Shown: in pieces, positions 58,334 to 64,000 of the stretch | Position numbering within the stretch: position 1 is the stretch's first letter | How the letters are laid out: every line of letters starts with the position of its first letter | IMG/VR virus record: IMGVR_UViG_3300011337_000669 | DNA: 64,000 bases | Source: a virus | Lineage: Duplodnaviria; Caudoviricetes | Strand: one strand, 5' to 3' | The notes under the pieces: generated by a model | Told to the model about the DNA's origin: nothing | The model's input: only the letters and a program-made list of their open reading frames with translations | Database searches by the model: none | Translations under genes and position numbers: made by a program

Positions 58334-58891
58334 ATGGATATGAGACAAATTATAAAATTAATCTTCGTTTTGTCATTAGTTATTTTGACATCTTGTTCAA
58401 CTCAACAACGAGTAGTTTATAGAAACTGCGATTGTGACACCACAACATTCGGTTTCGGATGGAATAATAATCCGTATTGGGGGCTAAATAACCGATTTTA
58501 TGGGTGGAATGACCCATATTCGGGATGGAACAACTGGAATTGGCACCCATATCAAGTAATTCCAAGATATTACGTGTATCCTAATAGAATTCAACCATCT
58601 GAACCTTCAAGATATGAAAGAAGACAATCTATTGGGGCAAGACCAAGTAGAAATTATCAAAATGAAACCAATCGTACTGATAATTTATATCCAGGAAGAA
58701 CAGAACCGAACAGATATCAGAATGAAACTCCAAATAGATGGGAATCTCCATCAAGAGTTCAACAAAGAACAAATACACCTGTTACAACTCAACCAAGTAG
58801 GGTGGAATCACCTTCAAGGGTTCAACAACGTCAAAATACACCTGTTACAACACCACCAACAAGAAGTAGAGTCCAAAATAGGGAAAATTAA
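58334..58891 (+). CDS. Lipoprotein with low-complexity W/N/Y and R/Q/T/P repeats
   Basis: Lipobox ILTSC; ESPSRVQQR.NTPVTT twice. Confidence 0.6.
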   Translation: MDMRQIIKLIFVLSLVILTSCSTQQRVVYRNCDCDTTTFGFGWNNNPYWGLNNRFYGWNDPYSGWNNWNWHPYQVIPRYYVYPNRIQPSEPSRYERRQSIGARPSRNYQNETNRTDNLYPGRTEPNRYQNETPNRWESPSRVQQRTNTPVTTQPSRVESPSRVQQRQNTPVTTPPTRSRVQNREN

Positions 58892-59068
58892 GGGTTTTTT
58901 GAGGATTTTTCCTTCCATTCTAACCAAAAACCCGTTGCAACAATAATATTCATGCCCATTGAGGCTAAAATTTCGTATAAATCATGGTAAATGTTCATTG
59001 TTAGGTGTACATGACCAACAACCCAAAAAGGAATTGATAAGTTTGTTGCAATCCACGTGATTAAAAAC

Positions 59069-59539
59069 TTAAAAAACTTCAATTTCATGTAAAAAATGTT
59101 CTAATTTGATGTTTTTTTCGGGAATATACCTTTTTAAGTCCAAAAATCGTCTCACAACACTGTGTGGAAACCCATAACGTTCGTTAAGTTTCCAAATTTT
59201 ATCGGTTCCTCTTGTAATTCCGTCAATATAGTAGGAAATATCTAAACTTCTACGTGATATTTGGTTAATTGAGTATCCAAAACTGCTTTCGAACCACTTT
59301 TTTAATAAAATCTGATATTGTTTTTGTTCCAAAGAGAAAATATAGAAAAAATCATCAAAAATCTTCGGATTATAGTGTAATTTACCCTCACTATTGTATT
59401 GAAAATACCAATTTCGTTCATCCAAGTCAAGAATCCATAACTCTTTACCATACGGATAGTAAATTTTATCCGATAATAGTTCAAAAAGTCGTTTAAAAAT
59501 AAATTTATTTAGTTTTACGTTGTTAATTATATCCACCAA
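59069..59539 (-). CDS. Distant paralogue of the 16-17.5 kb repeat-array proteins, without repeats
   Basis: FIFKRL..LW.LD...WYFQYNSEGKLHY...FDDFF.IFSLE..QY..LL.KW aligns by eye with IIFKKL..IWFID..WYLELRSSGTLWW..FRDFFPLFGLE. Confidence 0.55.
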   Translation of the reverse strand: MVDIINNVKLNKFIFKRLFELLSDKIYYPYGKELWILDLDERNWYFQYNSEGKLHYNPKIFDDFFYIFSLEQKQYQILLKKWFESSFGYSINQISRRSLDISYYIDGITRGTDKIWKLNERYGFPHSVVRRFLDLKRYIPEKNIKLEHFLHEIEVF

Positions 59540-59575
59540 GTAAAAAATAGATAATAAATTACATAAAGAGAATAA

Positions 59576-60232
59576 TTACGCTAAGTTTCTAACTTGATTG
59601 GATAATTTTGTTAAAGCCGATTCATAATTTTTATCGCCAGCATATCTATTACCACTTGAATTTACAAAATTTTTCAAAAGATCGGTTGCGGTTTTTCCTC
59701 CTGTCAAATAATTTTTTGCAATTAAATCATAATATGATTGTATTCCACTCTGAACTGAGTTATGAGTTACGTTCTTACCTGAATCAACATTTCCAACATT
59801 GAATGGATTTTTGGTTTTGATTGGTCTTGCATTTGGATTGGGTGAAAATCCTCCTTCTTGTGCTAATTGTGCCAATGCCAATTCAACTGGAACATATTTG
59901 TTAAAATTATTATATGCGGTTTTTGCTCCATTTGCTAACATATTACCTGTAATGTTGAGTAAGTTAGCAGATCTTGATGAAATGAATTTATTAGCAATTT
60001 CTTCGTATTTCTTAAAATCTTGCGGATTGTTCAAATCTAATTCTTGGAAATCTCCAGCGGTAGAATATCCTGCTTCTTTAGAGGTTCCATCCTCAACTTT
60101 ATCTTGGTCTGACTTTCCAAATAAATCTCCAAAAAAAGACTTTACGAATTTTTCAGGATTATCAATAATACTCTTCAATATAATTTCCTTGAATTGTTGT
60201 TCTGTGACTAAAATATTGGATTTCTTCTTCAT
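59576..60232 (-). CDS. Lysozyme-like/glucosaminidase-like protein
   Basis: LALAQLAQEGG, NPFNVGN, YYDLIAKNY, RYAGDKNY. Confidence 0.65.
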   Translation of the reverse strand: MKKKSNILVTEQQFKEIILKSIIDNPEKFVKSFFGDLFGKSDQDKVEDGTSKEAGYSTAGDFQELDLNNPQDFKKYEEIANKFISSRSANLLNITGNMLANGAKTAYNNFNKYVPVELALAQLAQEGGFSPNPNARPIKTKNPFNVGNVDSGKNVTHNSVQSGIQSYYDLIAKNYLTGGKTATDLLKNFVNSSGNRYAGDKNYESALTKLSNQVRNLA

Positions 60233-60268
60233 ATCAAATAAATATGACTATAAATAAAAAACCCTCAA

Positions 60269-61392
60269 TTAATGAGGGTCTTGTTTAAGTTTTCTCTTGG
60301 TCAAAAAATAACGGATACCTTTTATATCAAAAAATTCAGTACCAACCTCAAAAATATGTTTTTTCAAAGGTTCAAACGTCAAAACTTCATGAGGGTATTT
60401 TAAGAGAATCTTATTATCTTCGATTTTAATTAAATTGATATTTTCCATAACCAAAATATAAGAAATTATTTCGATAAAAAAATATTAATTACCTGTTGAT
60501 GTGTCAGGAAACTTTTGATTTAATCTGTCAACACTTGTAGTATATCCACATTTTGAAATGTTGAATACTTTTTTGTTATTAATATTTTTTGCAAACCAAT
60601 CACTTCCAATTTTCAGATATCTATAATTTTTATCACCTGGATACGTTAATAACTTAGTTTCGTCTTCAAACTTTTTAATTGTTTCGGTATCTGTCTCAGG
60701 TGGACAATTTATTCTTCTTGAACCTCCTCCAATTTTTTCAGATGGAAACTCATATATTTTATTCTCCTCAAAAAAATCCGTACTTACTTGACCTTCAGTT
60801 TCTTTTGGACCTATATCCCTTTGTTGTTCACTAAACAATTTTTTGTGTAAACTGATAATTCTATTTTTTTCTTCTTCCGTTACAATAAACTTTTTCATAA
60901 TACTCCTTTGTTTTTTTGAACTTGAACCAATTTATTGTGAGTTAAATCTCCAAAAATTCCATCGATAACTAAGGGATTTTCCGGTATTTCTTTGTTCAAA
61001 TAATTTTGTAATTGAATGACCTCTGTACCTTCACTTCCCTTTTTCAAAGGGAATTTTGTTCTATCAAAATTAGGGTCTGTACTTTGTTCTGGTTCTTCCT
61101 CAGGTTCTTGCTCAACAGGTGGTTTTCCTACCCAACCTTTACCATCGGAGGAATCCAACGTGTGTGTTTCAGTTGTAATAATAAAATGATTATTACCTTT
61201 ACATTCCCATGTTCCTTTGAACTTTGTTTCTCGTTTTCCATCAACCATTGGTAATGCAAACCAGTCACCAGAAAAAGTGAAAACATACATGACATTGTCC
61301 GATTTATCTATTGTATATAAACGGTCATTTAATTCCCTAACTTCTTGAGGAATACCTTTGTAGTATTCTATTACACACTTTTTATCTCTCAT
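60269..61392 (-). CDS. Late hypothetical genes (60269-60454, 60485-60898, 60895-61392 with C-terminal PG-binding domain)
   Basis: Last ORF ends LKKGSEGTEVIQLQNYLN...LVIDGIFGDLT. Confidence 0.55.
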
Positions 61393-61427
61393 CTTGACTT
61401 TATTGATTAATATTAATTGATTTTACC

Positions 61428-63284
61428 TTACCCCGGAGGTAGTCCAATATTACGATTTGGTCCAGTCCTTGCTGGTGTTGTATTTTGTATAACCGGACCT
61501 TGCTGAGTAGTATTTGTCGTCCCCGCATTAGTTCCACCCGCAACACTATCTTTAGAATTCGCCAAATCTGGTAATCTTAATTGTTCTAATTCTCCATTAA
61601 ACCATCGTTGAATTCCAACGTCCCCTATTTGACGCATTGCCGAAATTATTTGTACCGCAGGTATTGGAATTCCAAGTGTTGGGTCAAAAGAAACTCTTCT
61701 CGCAAGGTCATTTAACATTTCAATAGGTAGGGCCGATATTGCTCCAACATCACCATAACCAGGAGCCGCCCTGTATAATGCTGCCATACAAAAATCTCTT
61801 AGTTCTTCTTCATTCATATCAAGTTCGAAAATACAAGGTAGTTCCTGTTGAATTTGTTTACCACTCAAATAATCTCTTAAAGTGGAATCAGAAAACCCGA
61901 TAGTTCCAAGCCATCTTTTTTGTTTGATTATTTCAGAGAAATAATCCATACATTTTTTGCCATTTTCTCCAAATTTTGTAAGTATATCTGTATCCGAGGC
62001 CTTAGTCGTCTTAATTATTGCATTAGCAAGTGCTAAGAAAATTGTAACTTTATACGCTCTAGTCAATACTTCTACAGCATAACTGGCGTTAGCCCCCCAC
62101 ATACCTGAGTTTTGAATAATTTCTTTGTACGGATTTGTATATCCTTTAGTAAAATTTTTCGGAATTCCCTTTGGGGATGTTAAAAACAAATATTTAAGTG
62201 TTTGTTTCCACCAAACTTGGGGTATTTCACTCTTCGTCGTTTCAACAACATTATCGGATTTTTTCCCAAAAGGAGCCATTTTTTTCAATGTTTTTGATAC
62301 AAACTTGATAAAATTTCCCTCCATACTCATCCCTCCTCGAACCCCTTTCCAAATTGCTTGCAACATTGGATTACCAGTTTTTGATAAATCTTCAAGAATT
62401 GTCCAATCATTATAATGTTGTTTTACATCATTCAATATTTCATCATACAACTTAGCATTTTCGATACTAGAGGCACCTGTCTTGTAAGTGTTCAAAACTT
62501 TCATATAATCATTGTAAAAGCTTCTCCTCCAAAGATACAATAGTCGGAAATCTTCTCTTATTTTTTGTTCTAATTTCATGATTTCCTCAGCATTGAGTTT
62601 AACTCCCTGATCAGTTTTTGAAGAGGATAATGTTTTCAAGTTTTTTTCTAAATCATCAACAACTTTTTGACCTTTTACAAACAATTGATTGAAAAATGTA
62701 GGATTTTTTACAATAATGTCTTTAACATACTTACCTCTCAAAGTTTTGTTAATAAATTTTGGAGTAATAAGTAATTCGGATAATTTTGAGATGCTTGCAG
62801 GGACTACTTGAGTAACGGGGTCTTTGTAATAATTATCAATGATTTCCTTCATTTTGACTTTTATTTCAGACAAAGACATTTTTTCTATCCCATCTATCTT
62901 CTCAAGTTGTTCATCAAAATTCTTGAAAAAAGGTTGGAGTTGGTCTAATTCGGATAAAAAATCACTTATAGCATTTTTACTTTCAACAGTAGCTCTCGAT
63001 AATATTACCAAATCATTTGCGATAGAAGGTAACGAAAGTTTAGCACCCCCCGATAAACGTGTTAGTTTATTATTTATCCGTGTTGCAGCATTTATTACAT
63101 CATCTGTCATCCACAACTTTCTCGAATTCGGAGTTACATTGATAATATCGTCAATGAATGTCAAAAATTTAGCAGGTACTACACTCTCAGTAATTAAAGT
63201 CACTCCCATCAATTCGTGAATACGATTTAACTCTACCAGTACGTTATTTTCCAAAATATTATAAATTGGGGTATTTTTTTCCAT
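61428..63284 (-). CDS. Large hypothetical late protein
   Basis: 618-aa ORF. Confidence 0.6.
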   Translation of the reverse strand: MEKNTPIYNILENNVLVELNRIHELMGVTLITESVVPAKFLTFIDDIINVTPNSRKLWMTDDVINAATRINNKLTRLSGGAKLSLPSIANDLVILSRATVESKNAISDFLSELDQLQPFFKNFDEQLEKIDGIEKMSLSEIKVKMKEIIDNYYKDPVTQVVPASISKLSELLITPKFINKTLRGKYVKDIIVKNPTFFNQLFVKGQKVVDDLEKNLKTLSSSKTDQGVKLNAEEIMKLEQKIREDFRLLYLWRRSFYNDYMKVLNTYKTGASSIENAKLYDEILNDVKQHYNDWTILEDLSKTGNPMLQAIWKGVRGGMSMEGNFIKFVSKTLKKMAPFGKKSDNVVETTKSEIPQVWWKQTLKYLFLTSPKGIPKNFTKGYTNPYKEIIQNSGMWGANASYAVEVLTRAYKVTIFLALANAIIKTTKASDTDILTKFGENGKKCMDYFSEIIKQKRWLGTIGFSDSTLRDYLSGKQIQQELPCIFELDMNEEELRDFCMAALYRAAPGYGDVGAISALPIEMLNDLARRVSFDPTLGIPIPAVQIISAMRQIGDVGIQRWFNGELEQLRLPDLANSKDSVAGGTNAGTTNTTQQGPVIQNTTPARTGPNRNIGLPPG

Positions 63285-63286
63285 AA

Positions 63287-64000
63287 TTATTTTTTACCTA
63301 TGTTTTTATTAAACTCTTCTGTGGGCTCCGGTCGTACCCATTCTCCGGCTTCGATTTTCCCATTTTCCGCGGCTTTAGTTAGATTTTCAAAAATATTAAC
63401 AACTTCTGGTTCTAAATCCTGTGGAGTAATTTGTATCCACCCTATTTTTTCACCAACCCATCTTATAATATTTAGAAAAGTATTTTTATTTCGTAAATCC
63501 ATTTTTTGAATGTCATCACGAAAGGCGTATATGTATAAATAGTCAAACGGAATCCAAGTTCCGGCAATCCAAATAGGCACCTTTGTCTTTCTGAACATTA
63601 ATAAAAAATTCAGTAACCACTTTGTACTTTTTTTAGAAAAATTTAATAATACTCTTTTTTTTATGTTGGATTTGAAAAGTTGGTTTATTTGTCGTGCCTC
63701 TGAAACAATTCCCTCTCCTAGCTTTTTCAAATCTTTGATTTCATTTGAGGTTAATTTGACCCCCTCTTTATTTTTCTTAATTAATTCTTTAACTCCTTTT
63801 ACCCCGTATTTTTTTACAACTTCCCCAATACCTGGTAATTTTAATATTTCATCTCCAGGAATCAATCCGAGTATTAACATTAGAGTCCCCATGTAAGGAT
63901 CACCTTCATCAAAATAAAGTTTCGCTTCGGCTAATCCTGCGACACCTGCTAATCCCATGGCAATGACAGAAGTAACCCCTCCAGTAAAAAAACCTAAAAA
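63287..64000 (-). CDS. Hypothetical protein, 5' end outside window
   Basis: Frame stays open from 64000 (FLGFFTGGVTSVIAMGLAG...). Confidence 0.6.
   Translation of the reverse strand, partial: FLGFFTGGVTSVIAMGLAGVAGLAEAKLYFDEGDPYMGTLMLILGLIPGDEILKLPGIGEVVKKYGVKGVKELIKKNKEGVKLTSNEIKDLKKLGEGIVSEARQINQLFKSNIKKRVLLNFSKKSTKWLLNFLLMFRKTKVPIWIAGTWIPFDYLYIYAFRDDIQKMDLRNKNTFLNIIRWVGEKIGWIQITPQDLEPEVVNIFENLTKAAENGKIEAGEWVRPEPTEEFNKNIGKK

Noticed and set aside
2549-63896. Many 60-150 aa ORF-track entries antisense to or nested within longer genes (e.g. 2549-2926, 4319-4654, 7682-8098, 15393-15638, 16080-16343, 16514-16843, 47497-47883, 62839-63219)
   Set aside because: Shadow frames of real genes or repeats, with no motifs, promoter or independent start context.
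1-64000. cas genes, integrase, transposase, rRNA
   Set aside because: No ORF shows Cas1/Cas2/Cas9/HEPN, recombinase or DDE motifs recognisable by eye, and no rRNA-length conserved sequence is present.

Overview
A 64-kb, AT-rich segment of a large tailed dsDNA phage (T4-like terminase, tmRNA, many tRNAs, several homing endonucleases). The host is most likely Bacteroidota: TAnnTTTG promoters, no Shine-Dalgarno motifs, Lacal_2735/DUF2452-type genes, and a lipoprotein/TonB-dependent receptor pair. Layout: (1) 1-11.7 kb terminase, probable late/head genes, nucleotidyltransferase, KTSC, UVR protein, ClpC, peptidases; (2) 11.7-16 kb tmRNA, lipoprotein and TonB-dependent receptor; (3) 16-17.6 kb three tandem paralogues whose 3' halves are in-frame arrays of 36-nt repeats and 30-nt unique spacers (CRISPR type VI-B/II-C geometry, no cas gene in the window); (4) 21.9-33.2 kb RNA-dense island with canonical tRNAs, 12 tRNA-like elements sharing acceptor/T arms but with unrelated anticodon-arm inserts, a ~450-nt structured ncRNA candidate, small closed-stem RNAs and a leader-peptide attenuator; (5) 33-64 kb ClpP, RNA end-healing/ligation enzymes (the ligase is split by an endonuclease gene), ThyA, lysins and many late hypothetical genes. 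The two best candidates for an undescribed system are the frame-preserving CRISPR-like arrays inside coding genes and the tRNA-scaffold cassette array. All family calls come from motifs recognised by eye; no database search or folding program was run.
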